Shown one piece after another: positions 39,321-49,098 of a DNA stretch of 64,000 bases. The stretch comes from Sphingobacteriales bacterium (GTDB lineage Bacteria > Bacteroidota > Bacteroidia > Chitinophagales > JADJOU01), in NCBI GenBank assembly GCA_021297855.1, contig JAJTHM010000055.1, positions 4,216 to 68,215 of the forward strand, in the 5' to 3' direction. Under the pieces are notes generated by a model, which worked only from the letters and a program-made list of their open reading frames with translations, did not search any database and was not told where the DNA came from. Position numbers and translations under genes: made by a program. How positions within the stretch are numbered: the stretch's first letter is position 1; every line of letters starts with the position of its first letter.

Positions 39321-39356
39321 TAACAAAGGACTGCTAGAAATGGCAGTCCTTTGTTA
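39321..39356. terminator. Intrinsic terminator after the 158-aa gene
   Basis: TAACAAAGGACTGC...GCAGTCCTTTGTTA 14-bp stem. Confidence 0.75.
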
Positions 39357-39745
39357 CGCATGAAAGCCACTGCTACTCCCTCGTCAACTTCATCAGCTCT
39401 TTACTACCAGATTTATCCACTTTCTACTTTGTCGGTATTATTAACCAGTAACCCATTTAAAATCTGAGTTTTATTGTTGGTAAAAACACCCAAAGGGAGG
39501 AAATATAAGCACTAGCATTTTTAACTTTTATCTTTCTCCTATACTTATCTCTTTTTAATTGTTAGGAGTAATTATTGATTTATTTTAATGGTATTTTGAA
39601 GGTATCAATTTAACGCTTAGCTTTTATCCCAGAAAATTTTTATTCATCTGATTATAATTTGACGAAGAAAAATTTTATGTACATTTGAGCATAGAAATAG
39701 ACGATTAGAAAAAGAAATAATACCCACTGCAAATACCAACTCGCT

Positions 39746-42139
39746 ATGACCCTCTACGAAAAACTCCAACTAGCCTCTAGCGAAGAAGATGTCAAAGACG
39801 CTTATATCAAAGCCATAGGTATCAAGGAGTATCAGAAAAATTTGATAGATATTCAGACCAAGGAAATCTGGTTTGAAGCTAAAGAGGGTGGACGAAACTC
39901 GACCTATGCCATGTTTACCCAGCTAATGCACTATGTACAAGTGGCACTCGACCGAGGGGAATATATACCGCCATTCTTAGCGGTTATCGATACGCAGAAA
40001 GCAGCTATCATGAAAAGTGAGGATGTCATACCCTTTCTAGCTAAAAAGACTATCAAGTGGGGTAAATCGGCGAGTGGCTATACACAAGAAGCCTTAGATG
40101 AAGTCTCGGCTTATATCGGGACGTATTTTGTCAGCTTCAAGATAGAAACCCACGAAGAGGAGTTTATCCATACGATAAAAAATGCTATAGTCAAAGGCGA
40201 TATTATCCGCACCCAAATCACCCCGGACAATCTCAAGCAGGTATTTGATAAATGGGTAGCGATGATAGGGCGAGAGATACGAGACATAGCCGAAGAAGAT
40301 TATGCCTTGCTCTTCTTTGCCGACATCATGAGCGATGGCACGGTATCGACCCATACAGACTTGACTGCCGAGCTGCTGCATCGAAATAATCAACCTGTAT
40401 TTATGCTCAATGGCAAGCTCTACGAACTATCCAACCGAGAAGGCTACCGACAGTTCTGGGCTATCTATCATCGACCGCCTAAGGCTGAATACCGAAATTA
40501 TCTTCTAGAGCGCAGAGATAGTCTGATCCCTATCGACGAGCGCAGCTTCAAAGGGGCGTATTATACCCCACTCGCTGTGGTGGACAAGGCTTATGATAAA
40601 CTGACCGAAACCCTCGGCAAAAACTGGCAGAAAGACTATATCGTCTGGGATATGTGCTGTGGGGTAGGAAACCTCGAAATCAAGCACTCCAACCCTCGCA
40701 ATATATTTATGTCCACCCTCGATAGCGAAGATATCGATGTGATGAAAGCCACCAAAACCTGTGTAGCTGCTACCCGATTTCAGTATGATTATCTCAATGA
40801 TGACATAGCCGACGATGGCTCGATAGATTATACACTGACCAATAAAGTCCCCCAAGCTCTCCGACAAGCTATAGCCGATGGAAAGAAAATACTGGTGCTG
40901 ATCAATCCGCCGTATGCGGAAAGTGGCAGTGGTATAGGTAAAGGGGATAAAAATAAAATAGAAGTAGAACAAACACAAATAAATACTCTAATGAAAACCC
41001 AAGAAATGGGTTATGCAAGTAAAGAATTGTTTGTTCAGTTTTTGGCAAGAATTGCAAAAGAAATACCTTCTGCAACTTTAGCCATGTTTAGTACATTGAA
41101 ATATGTCAATGCTCCAAATTTTGAGAAATTTAGAGGAATTTGGAATGCTAAATATTTAGGTGGATTTGTAGTACATAGTAAAGCATTTGATGGATTAAAA
41201 GGTGATTTTCCTATTGGATTTTTAGTGTGGAAAACAGATCACCGTTCTCAAAAAAAACAACCAATAATTGAAATTATTACTGAAGTTATTGATAAAAATG
41301 CTAAGCCTATTGGAGAAAAAAGTTTTCATAATTTGCCAAATAAAATATTCCTAAATGCATGGATGAAAAAGTCAATGACAAATAATGAACTTGCATTGCC
41401 TTTATCTAATGCTTTAACTATTTCGAAAAATCCAAGAATAAAAATGTCATGTGATAATATGAAAGGATTTTTATTTGCTGGAAATAACGATTTTCAAAAT
41501 TCATTAACAGGCACTTTAATTACATCATCAATATATACAGGTCGAAATGGTGGAGGTGTATATATAGACCAAAAAAACCTTTGGCAGGCTGCAATTGTAT
41601 TCTCCGTTCGAAGATTAATTAAACCTACATGGCTAAATGACCGCGACCAGTTCCTGCAACCTACAGAGCCGCTGACCGAAGAGTTTAAGACTGACTGCCT
41701 GATATGGATGTTATTTAATGGTTCTAACCTCACTGCCTCTGCCAATGACCTCGACTGGAACGATAAAAAATGGTCGATAGTCAATCACTTCATTCCTTTT
41801 ACAGAAGAAGAAGTCGGCGCACCTGATCGGTTTGAGTCAGACTTTATGGTCCAATATCTCCGAGATAAGAAGCTCAGCTCTGAAGCCAAAGCTGTCCTCG
41901 ATGAGGGGCGCAAGTTATGGAGAGCCTACTTCGCCCATACCGATGTACGAGCTATGCGCGATGAGCTGAAACTAAACCGCCCCGATGTAGGCTGGTATCA
42001 AGTCCGCAAGGCACTGGAAGCTCGAAATAAAAGTGGAGATTTTTCTGTAGTCAGTTTTGTAGCATTTAAAACGGCTTATGAAGTCTTGAGTGACAAGCTA
42101 AGACCCATGGTGTATGAATTGGGATTTTTGAGGAAATAG
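39746..42139 (+). CDS. Fused PD-(D/E)xK nuclease / N6-adenine DNA methyltransferase (type IIG-like restriction-modification protein)
   Basis: N-terminal SEEDVK...IDIQTKEIWFEAK; GAYYTP; motif I WDMCCGVGNL; motif IV INPPY; promoter element TACATTTG at 39680-39687. Confidence 0.8.
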   Translation: MTLYEKLQLASSEEDVKDAYIKAIGIKEYQKNLIDIQTKEIWFEAKEGGRNSTYAMFTQLMHYVQVALDRGEYIPPFLAVIDTQKAAIMKSEDVIPFLAKKTIKWGKSASGYTQEALDEVSAYIGTYFVSFKIETHEEEFIHTIKNAIVKGDIIRTQITPDNLKQVFDKWVAMIGREIRDIAEEDYALLFFADIMSDGTVSTHTDLTAELLHRNNQPVFMLNGKLYELSNREGYRQFWAIYHRPPKAEYRNYLLERRDSLIPIDERSFKGAYYTPLAVVDKAYDKLTETLGKNWQKDYIVWDMCCGVGNLEIKHSNPRNIFMSTLDSEDIDVMKATKTCVAATRFQYDYLNDDIADDGSIDYTLTNKVPQALRQAIADGKKILVLINPPYAESGSGIGKGDKNKIEVEQTQINTLMKTQEMGYASKELFVQFLARIAKEIPSATLAMFSTLKYVNAPNFEKFRGIWNAKYLGGFVVHSKAFDGLKGDFPIGFLVWKTDHRSQKKQPIIEIITEVIDKNAKPIGEKSFHNLPNKIFLNAWMKKSMTNNELALPLSNALTISKNPRIKMSCDNMKGFLFAGNNDFQNSLTGTLITSSIYTGRNGGGVYIDQKNLWQAAIVFSVRRLIKPTWLNDRDQFLQPTEPLTEEFKTDCLIWMLFNGSNLTASANDLDWNDKKWSIVNHFIPFTEEEVGAPDRFESDFMVQYLRDKKLSSEAKAVLDEGRKLWRAYFAHTDVRAMRDELKLNRPDVGWYQVRKALEARNKSGDFSVVSFVAFKTAYEVLSDKLRPMVYELGFLRK

Positions 42140-42511
42140 GTTTAGATGTAAGAGGTTAGATATGAGATGTTAGATATTAGAAGTGAGAAATAAGAAATAG
42201 GTATTCAGCTCTTAGTGCGCTTTGTGGGATTCTTTATTCATGTTGAAATGGTTTTATTAAGGAATTCATATTTGCTGCGCAGGAGTGCACTTGGTGGTTA
42301 ATAAAAGGGTGACTTGAGATATGAGATGTAAGATGTTAGATATTAGATGTTAGAGATGAGAAGTGAGAAATTAGAAATAAGAAATAGGTATTCAGCTCTT
42401 AGTGCACTTTGTGGGATTCTTTATTCATGTTGAAATGGTTTTATTAAGGAATTCATATTTGCTGCGCAGGAGTGCACTTGGTGGTTAGAGGTTAGAGATG
42501 AGAAGTGAGAA
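42140..42511 (+). repeat. Heptamer tracts (GTTAGAT/ATTAGAT/ATGAGAA...) interleaved with a 115-bp direct duplication
   Basis: 42186-42300 and 42373-42487 differ at one base (GTGCGC vs GTGCAC); period 187 bp. Confidence 0.9.
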
Positions 42512-42550
42512 AACGAGCTGTATTTGGTAATATAAATGAAAAATTAGGGC

Positions 42551-43717
42551 ATGAAATTAAGTATCGAGAAAAAAATAGAATACCTAGACAAGGTAAGCGC
42601 CTATTACTGTAGTTTAAGTCATAATGTATTCAGTGATTATAAAAATCAAATGGATATAGTGCTGGGGCTAGAAGATGAATACACCTATCTCACCTCTACG
42701 GAAACCTATGAAAATGATATAGAGAATCCTTATCTGCGAATAGAATTGAACGAATGGGATCAGCTCCTAGCAGAAATAGAAATTCAACATCAAGATAAAA
42801 GGCTCTATCCTCATTTTTACCAAGATGCCTCCTTGGATCTCGGGTCTATTGAAGCTAGTTTAGATATCGATGGCACTAAATACAAATTGGACAAATATCA
42901 GCTTCTCAGATATACCAAACTCCAATTGCAGAATTTGACTAGATTTAAAATCATGGATAGCCTGCGACCGCAGAATAAGGAAAATCGAAATAGAGTGAAA
43001 GAAATGTTTAAGGACTACAATGAAAGTCTAGATAAAAAGCTTTCAAACGTCGAAGAGACAGAACTCAATCATAAAAAAGACATTGAATTAGCCGATTTTT
43101 ATCTATCCGTAATTAATAAATTTAAGACCGTAAAACCGCTAGGAGAGATCATAGCTCAGGAGTTCAGACCCTATCAGCCAGACTATAAAAAAGAATATAG
43201 GTATAGTGACCATCCTGTGTGGGATATGCCTTGTATTTTCCGATTAAAACAGGGTCGTATAGATCCTACTATCCAGTATTCTATAGTATATAAAAATGAA
43301 TTCTTATACCAAGGGATAAAGGAGATAGACAATTATCATGACTTTACATTGATATCAGAGTTCAATCATGGTATGCTAGTACCGACCGATAGCTGTCAGA
43401 TATTTTCTATCATAGATCCATCGGTGAGTATTGGGCTTTGGTATATTTTAGGATCCTATTACTATAAAAAAATCGGATATAGAGCTTTTGCTATGAATAC
43501 TCCTTTTTTAGATATTCCTATCCCTATACTCGATGCTATGTATCAGCCATATTTTGCAGATAGCTTGAATCTATATGGATATTATAAAGAAAGGCAAGAA
43601 TCTTATCGTAGATTAGTGGATAACACAAAAGCTATCTATGCTCATCAAGGAGAAAAAGCGGCTAATTATTATATAGAGTTGACATTAAATGAACTAGATG
43701 AAGGTTCTGCTTTTTAG
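42551..43717 (+). CDS. Hypothetical protein (388 aa)
   Basis: Long ORF with an ATG start; no signal peptide and no confident family motif. Confidence 0.75.
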   Translation: MKLSIEKKIEYLDKVSAYYCSLSHNVFSDYKNQMDIVLGLEDEYTYLTSTETYENDIENPYLRIELNEWDQLLAEIEIQHQDKRLYPHFYQDASLDLGSIEASLDIDGTKYKLDKYQLLRYTKLQLQNLTRFKIMDSLRPQNKENRNRVKEMFKDYNESLDKKLSNVEETELNHKKDIELADFYLSVINKFKTVKPLGEIIAQEFRPYQPDYKKEYRYSDHPVWDMPCIFRLKQGRIDPTIQYSIVYKNEFLYQGIKEIDNYHDFTLISEFNHGMLVPTDSCQIFSIIDPSVSIGLWYILGSYYYKKIGYRAFAMNTPFLDIPIPILDAMYQPYFADSLNLYGYYKERQESYRRLVDNTKAIYAHQGEKAANYYIELTLNELDEGSAF

Positions 43718-43736
43718 AAATTAGGGATGTATAGAT

Positions 43737-43806
43737 GATAGATATTAGACGTTAGAAGTTAGATCATAGATACTAGATGTTGGATATTAGATGCTAGAGA
43801 TGAGAG
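43737..43806 (+). repeat. Degenerate heptamer tandem repeat (nnTAGAn, about 10 units)
   Basis: GATAGAT ATTAGAC GTTAGAA GTTAGAT CATAGAT ACTAGAT GTTGGAT ATTAGAT GCTAGAG ATGAGAG. Confidence 0.85.
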
Positions 43807-43877
43807 GGGTAATTTTAAAAGGAAAATATGAGTGTATTTTGTGAAGTTTTATCAATAAAAAATGATGCGAGTAAACT

Positions 43878-45794
43878 ATGATTAAAAAATGGTTTGACAA
43901 ATTATTGGGTAAATACGAAGATCTGAATCTAGATACTGATAAAGATAGGCTAGCAGACACATTTGACCAGCTGGCTAGGTATAAAGCCGAGGACAGAGCG
44001 ATAGGATTTAAAATAATAGAATCTCGCCAATCAGGATTCATCGTCAAGGTTGAGGGACTATACGCTTTTGTAGCTTATCTTAAAATGCCATGGTTCTATG
44101 CTGATATTAAAAAATGGCATACTATAGCACCCTATATGATCGATTGTAAAATGGGGGGTAAGATACAGCGTATGTCCTATGAGGACAATCTTTATGTGAC
44201 CATCGATGCTTCAGATACTGTACTGAAAACTGCTACATTTCAAATCCATAAGGCTTATCGATGTATCGTATTATGGAAGAATAATCAAAGTGTGCTAGTA
44301 GAGTTAGGGCAAAATTTTGACTGGAAATGTGGGTCAATCGAAGCCGAGGTCAAAAAGTCATCATTTTACTTTCTAGAAGAATTTAAAGACTTGAATATCG
44401 GAGATTCATTTGTCACTTTTTTCCACGGATTCGAAACCGAAGGTAAAATGATATTTGGACACCAATGGGTGGACAAAGAATTAGAAAATGGAGAATTAGA
44501 AAAACTAATAGGTAGTGTACAACCTATCACGATACACAAGGAATCGCGCCATAAATATACCTATTGGTATAGAGGACAGTATCAGTGCCAACTCAGTATT
44601 ACAGAAGATATTTATGGCGATAGTTATCCGCTGGATATTCTAGAACAATATTTAAATAATTTGGCAGATAATAGTACAATCTTATGCGAGTTTATAGCTA
44701 TAGGAAAGCTGAAATATAAAATAAAGCTAAAACTAGCCGACCAACTTTGCCAAGCAATTTATGATATTCATATTCAGAAAAATAAGAAACAAATTGTAGA
44801 GATCGCAGACAAGCTGAACTCAAAATCGAAACCTGCACCTAAACCAATAGTAGTAAATCGCAAGGATGAAAAAGTGCAATATCTCCATACGATACAAGAA
44901 TTTACAGTAAAAATAGATGAAAATGGAGTCAAGACCTACTGGTTAGACGATAACTATAATGGCATTCCCCATTTAATGTTCAAAGAAATAAAATCAGATC
45001 AACCACTCAAAAAAAAATTGCGAAAACTAATCAATCTAGCAGTGAACGGGGATAAGTTATGGTTTTATATTTCGGATAAATTAGGTAAGAAAAACATACT
45101 TTATATACAGCAAACCATAGAATCAGCCAATAAGAATTTAACCGATTGGCCTATAAACAAAGAAAAAAATAAGGTAGAGATAAAAAAGGCCATCGTATCT
45201 GACAGGATAAGCGAATCGATGGCTGATGAACTAGATTCTATAATGGATACAGAGCAGGATATCGCTATTAGATATGATGCCGATGGTAAACGAAGGTATT
45301 GGTTTCAGAACTATGAGTGCAAGAAAATACGTTTTTTTGAAAACTATCTCGAAAATGTAAAATATATTAATCCTGTCAAGCGCTATTTACAAGGCCTGAG
45401 CGATTGTTCGACCATTCGGTGTGTGATTACCGGTATAGATACTCGGAAAAATAAACTGCATATCAAACTGAGTAATATGTATAAAGAAGCGCCTCATCAA
45501 TCCATGATTTTAGATACTGAAAAGGAACGATTTATAGGCAAAGAGGAACTAATTGATATTCGTTATGAAAATAATCTGCCTATATTCTATCTCAAGAATC
45601 AATGGAAGTGTCGGTTTCCTCGATCTTATAGCGCAGTACCCAATAATAAAGGAAAGATAATGAAGTATATAGAACTAAATAATCCTTTCTGGATGACTTG
45701 TATCATTACAGGGCGCGATCGCCATTCGGAAGAGTATATATTAGAATTGACCAAAGAGCAGCAGGAGGAGATAATCAAGTCTATAATTGAGTGA
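43878..45794 (+). CDS. Protein with an S1/OB-fold-like N-terminal domain and degenerate internal repeats
   Basis: GFKIIESRQSGFIVKVEGLYAFV resembles an S1 domain; four later repeated modules. Confidence 0.55.
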   Translation: MIKKWFDKLLGKYEDLNLDTDKDRLADTFDQLARYKAEDRAIGFKIIESRQSGFIVKVEGLYAFVAYLKMPWFYADIKKWHTIAPYMIDCKMGGKIQRMSYEDNLYVTIDASDTVLKTATFQIHKAYRCIVLWKNNQSVLVELGQNFDWKCGSIEAEVKKSSFYFLEEFKDLNIGDSFVTFFHGFETEGKMIFGHQWVDKELENGELEKLIGSVQPITIHKESRHKYTYWYRGQYQCQLSITEDIYGDSYPLDILEQYLNNLADNSTILCEFIAIGKLKYKIKLKLADQLCQAIYDIHIQKNKKQIVEIADKLNSKSKPAPKPIVVNRKDEKVQYLHTIQEFTVKIDENGVKTYWLDDNYNGIPHLMFKEIKSDQPLKKKLRKLINLAVNGDKLWFYISDKLGKKNILYIQQTIESANKNLTDWPINKEKNKVEIKKAIVSDRISESMADELDSIMDTEQDIAIRYDADGKRRYWFQNYECKKIRFFENYLENVKYINPVKRYLQGLSDCSTIRCVITGIDTRKNKLHIKLSNMYKEAPHQSMILDTEKERFIGKEELIDIRYENNLPIFYLKNQWKCRFPRSYSAVPNNKGKIMKYIELNNPFWMTCIITGRDRHSEEYILELTKEQQEEIIKSIIE

Positions 45795-45813
45795 TAGCAA
45801 CGCAAAAAATCTC

Positions 45814-48177
45814 CTAAAAATATACATACGTCACCCCTTCCCCGCCATTTTCTGGCAAAGCCGCTTCGTATTTGGTCACACTCTTATATTGGCGCAATTG
45901 GTTAATTATCTCCGTTCGAAGTTTCCCTTTGCCATGAATGATCTTGATTTCATGGAAATTATTGAGTAAAGCCCTATTAATAAAATCATCGAGTTCAGCT
46001 ATACCCTCATACGTAAATTTTCCTCTTATATCCAACTCGCGCGAGCTGGATCTATCTATTGCAATTAATCGCTTAGTTACTGCCTTTTTCTTATTTTCCT
46101 CAGGCGGCAGAAGAATCAATTCAGAAGCAGAAATAGTAGATTTCATATTATCAAAAATAACTGTCACCTTATCCTTATTCATTTTTTCAATAATACCTAT
46201 GGCATTCGTTTGTATAAATTGAACTCGATTCCCTATAGATAGTTTTTGATTAGGATCTACTTGATGAATTTGTTTGAAAAGTTCTTTAGATGTTTTAGCA
46301 GATTCTACTTTTTCTTCATTCAGCAGTTCCTGCTCATGAGCTAACTCTTCCAACTTCTTCTTGTTCTTTAACCCGTCTTTGAATAGTTTCAATTCTTTCT
46401 CCTTTTCCGCGATTTGTTCTTGAAGCAAAAGTGTTTTTTCATAGCGCATTTTTTTTCGCATAAGATCCATATCCAGATGGAGTCTATTCCAATCTTTCAA
46501 TTGCTTTTTCAACTCCATTTCAGATTTTTCCAATTCCTTTTTCTGCAGATGTAAATCTTTTTCCTTCTTTTCCAATTTGAATAATTGTCTATCGTATTTC
46601 ACCTTTTCGCTTTCGCTTAAGGCTTCCGCTCGCTTAATCACTTCTGCATTTAAACCCATCTTGCGCGCGATATGAAACGTGTATGAGCTGCCAGGAAATC
46701 CTACGGATAATTTAAACAAAGGTTCTAATTTAGTCTCATCGAAAAGCATACTGGCGCTAAACGTATCTTTTCTCGATTCAGAAAACTTCTTTAAATCACT
46801 ATAATGTGTAGTAGCTATGATAATAGACTTGTGGCTTAAAATTTTCTCTAATACAGATTGTGCCATAGCAGCACCAAAGGAAGGATCTGTGCCATCTCCA
46901 AGCTCATCGAAGAGAAACAATGAGTCTTGATTCGCGCACTTCATCATATGATTCCATAATCTCAATTTAGAAGAATAAGTACTTAACTCATCTTCTATCG
47001 ACTGTAAATCCCCTAAATCTCCAATGATATCCGCAAAAAGGGGGACAACAGAGTTTCCTTCGGCTGGGATAGGGATAGCCTTCTTAGTCATGAGGCCAAG
47101 AAGGCCTAAGGTCTTTAATGTAACCGTTTTTCCTCCTGCATTCGGCCCACTAATTACGAGTAGATGATAACCTTCCTCAAAAGTTAGATGGAAGGGGACA
47201 ACTGATGTATGGTCTTTCTTTGTCTTTAATTTCAATAATGGGTGAAAGGCATTTTTTAAATTAAACTTATTGCCTATTTTTGGGATACTCCCATCGATCT
47301 TAGCCATGAATCTAACGAGGGCTTGAATAGAATCCCATTCTGCCATGTACTCTTGGTATTGAAATATTAGATTCTTATATTTAGCCAGAAAGGCCGTGAG
47401 TTGCATTAGAATTTTTCGAATCTCTCTATCTTCTTCACGCTCCAATTCTGAGGCTTCATTATTCAGATAAATAGTTTCAGCTGGCTCCATATAGACTACA
47501 TTTCCAGATTCTGATTCATCGAGAATAATCCCTTTTATAGATCGCTTAAAGGCAGACTGCAATGCTAGTACTCTTCGGCTCTGTCTCAAAGATTCTTGAA
47601 TCTCGTGAAGATGTCCCGATTGTTTTGCTGCATTTAGAGCTCGAGAAAATGCATTATCAATTTCAGATTGAATAGATTTTTTCCTGTCACGGATTTGAGC
47701 TAACTCTTTGCTTGCAGAAGATTTTACCTTTCCATTTTCATCTATAACGCGCTCGATTTCTCGAAGCAATGCTGTATCATAAAACAAAACACCCGCCTTA
47801 TGCATAAGCATTTCCAACTCATTCTGATTGGTAGTCTCTTTAAAAAATGTTTTGATATCTCTCACATTTGAAACGAGTAAACCGAGATTGAATATATCCT
47901 CGACAGGTACCACATAATTTTCAATATCTAATTTATTCAAATGAAAATTGAACTCAAATATATGCTGTATAGTAAAATCAGGAAATTGCGTTTTCAAAAA
48001 ACGATATTCTGAAAGATAGATATATACCTTCTCAATTTCAGACCTCTTTAACTCTTTATCAATAAAATTTTTCTTATAAAATTCTATACCATATTCAGAC
48101 AAAAAGCATCGATAGACTTCATTTAAAACCAAGTCAAATTCAAGTAGTTTTTCTGTTTGTTCTTTATAGTTAATCAT
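45814..48177 (-). CDS. mutS2: MutS2 family protein (ATPase + Smr domain)
   Basis: LEFD N-terminus, ISGPNAGGKT, LSTYSS, DELGDGTDP, ATTHY; Smr ELDIRG...IIHGKG. Confidence 0.93.
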   Translation of the reverse strand: MINYKEQTEKLLEFDLVLNEVYRCFLSEYGIEFYKKNFIDKELKRSEIEKVYIYLSEYRFLKTQFPDFTIQHIFEFNFHLNKLDIENYVVPVEDIFNLGLLVSNVRDIKTFFKETTNQNELEMLMHKAGVLFYDTALLREIERVIDENGKVKSSASKELAQIRDRKKSIQSEIDNAFSRALNAAKQSGHLHEIQESLRQSRRVLALQSAFKRSIKGIILDESESGNVVYMEPAETIYLNNEASELEREEDREIRKILMQLTAFLAKYKNLIFQYQEYMAEWDSIQALVRFMAKIDGSIPKIGNKFNLKNAFHPLLKLKTKKDHTSVVPFHLTFEEGYHLLVISGPNAGGKTVTLKTLGLLGLMTKKAIPIPAEGNSVVPLFADIIGDLGDLQSIEDELSTYSSKLRLWNHMMKCANQDSLFLFDELGDGTDPSFGAAMAQSVLEKILSHKSIIIATTHYSDLKKFSESRKDTFSASMLFDETKLEPLFKLSVGFPGSSYTFHIARKMGLNAEVIKRAEALSESEKVKYDRQLFKLEKKEKDLHLQKKELEKSEMELKKQLKDWNRLHLDMDLMRKKMRYEKTLLLQEQIAEKEKELKLFKDGLKNKKKLEELAHEQELLNEEKVESAKTSKELFKQIHQVDPNQKLSIGNRVQFIQTNAIGIIEKMNKDKVTVIFDNMKSTISASELILLPPEENKKKAVTKRLIAIDRSSSRELDIRGKFTYEGIAELDDFINRALLNNFHEIKIIHGKGKLRTEIINQLRQYKSVTKYEAALPENGGEGVTYVYF

Positions 48178-48183
48178 GGTGAA

Positions 48184-49095
48184 TTATTCCTTCTTGTATA
48201 GTGGATGATAGAGTTCTATTGTTTTCCTCAAAAATTGGTTATCTAAATGAGTATATATCTCTGTAGTGGTTATGGATACATGGCCGAGCATTTCCTGGAC
48301 AGCGCGCAAATCAGCTCCCCCTTCCACTAAATGCGTAGCAAAAGAATGACGGAAAGTATGTGGGGAAATATTTTTTCGCAATCCGATGAGACTCGCTTGT
48401 TTTTTTATCATATTGAAAACAGAAATTCGCGACAAAGGAGTCCCTTTCAGATTTAGGAAAACAAAATCTTTATGTTCTTCAGCTACCGATTTCTTCTTTC
48501 TATAGTTATCTAAATATATTTTTAAATACTTGATAGCATCTGACCCTATAGGCACTATGCGCTCTTTATTGCCTTTGCCGATGACTTTCACGATTTCTAC
48601 ATCCAATTGAATCTCGGATAGTTTTAAATTCAAAAGTTCAGTAATTCTCAGTCCACAGCTATATAGAACCTCTAGGATAGCCCTATCCCGAGTACCACCT
48701 TCTGTGCTCACATCAATAGATTCCAACAATTTTTCAATCTCTTCAAAACTTAAAGTATCTGGTAGTTTTCTTATCAATTTTGGAGCATCTATCAATTCGG
48801 CAGCATTTTGATTCGTATAATTTTGATAGACTAAAAAATTGAAAAAAGTTTTCAATCCAGATAAAATTCTAGCTTGCGTGGACTCTTGTATGGAAAAGTT
48901 ATCAATAAGATATGCAAAAAAATCCTCAATATTATTTCTACTAAGGTTTAAAACTGTCAGCTTTGGATTTTGAAAATCACAGAAGACATGTAATTTTTGA
49001 ATGTCGTTGAGATAAGCGTCAATAGTATGCCTGGAAGCATTCTTCTCAAGTTTTAGAAAATTTTTGAACTCCAAAATTAAAAAATTCCAATCCAT
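48184..49095 (-). CDS. xerD: Site-specific tyrosine recombinase XerD
   Basis: RDRAILEVLYSCGLRITEL, GKGNKER, HTFRHSFATHL, MLGHVSITTTEIY. Confidence 0.88.
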   Translation of the reverse strand: MDWNFLILEFKNFLKLEKNASRHTIDAYLNDIQKLHVFCDFQNPKLTVLNLSRNNIEDFFAYLIDNFSIQESTQARILSGLKTFFNFLVYQNYTNQNAAELIDAPKLIRKLPDTLSFEEIEKLLESIDVSTEGGTRDRAILEVLYSCGLRITELLNLKLSEIQLDVEIVKVIGKGNKERIVPIGSDAIKYLKIYLDNYRKKKSVAEEHKDFVFLNLKGTPLSRISVFNMIKKQASLIGLRKNISPHTFRHSFATHLVEGGADLRAVQEMLGHVSITTTEIYTHLDNQFLRKTIELYHPLYKKE

Positions 49096-49098
49096 TGC

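Noticed and set aside
39360-39467. 35-codon ORF MKATATPSSTSS...
   Set aside because: Lies just after a terminator, has low complexity and has no other support.
40094-41784. Minus-strand ORFs inside the R-M gene
   Set aside because: Antisense shadows.
42140-42511. CRISPR array or DGR template/variable repeat
   Set aside because: Only two long non-coding copies with one mismatch; no spacers, reverse transcriptase or target ORF.
48184-49095. Integrase for the accessory region
   Set aside because: Sequence and operon context fit housekeeping XerD, and mutS2 separates it from the accessory region.
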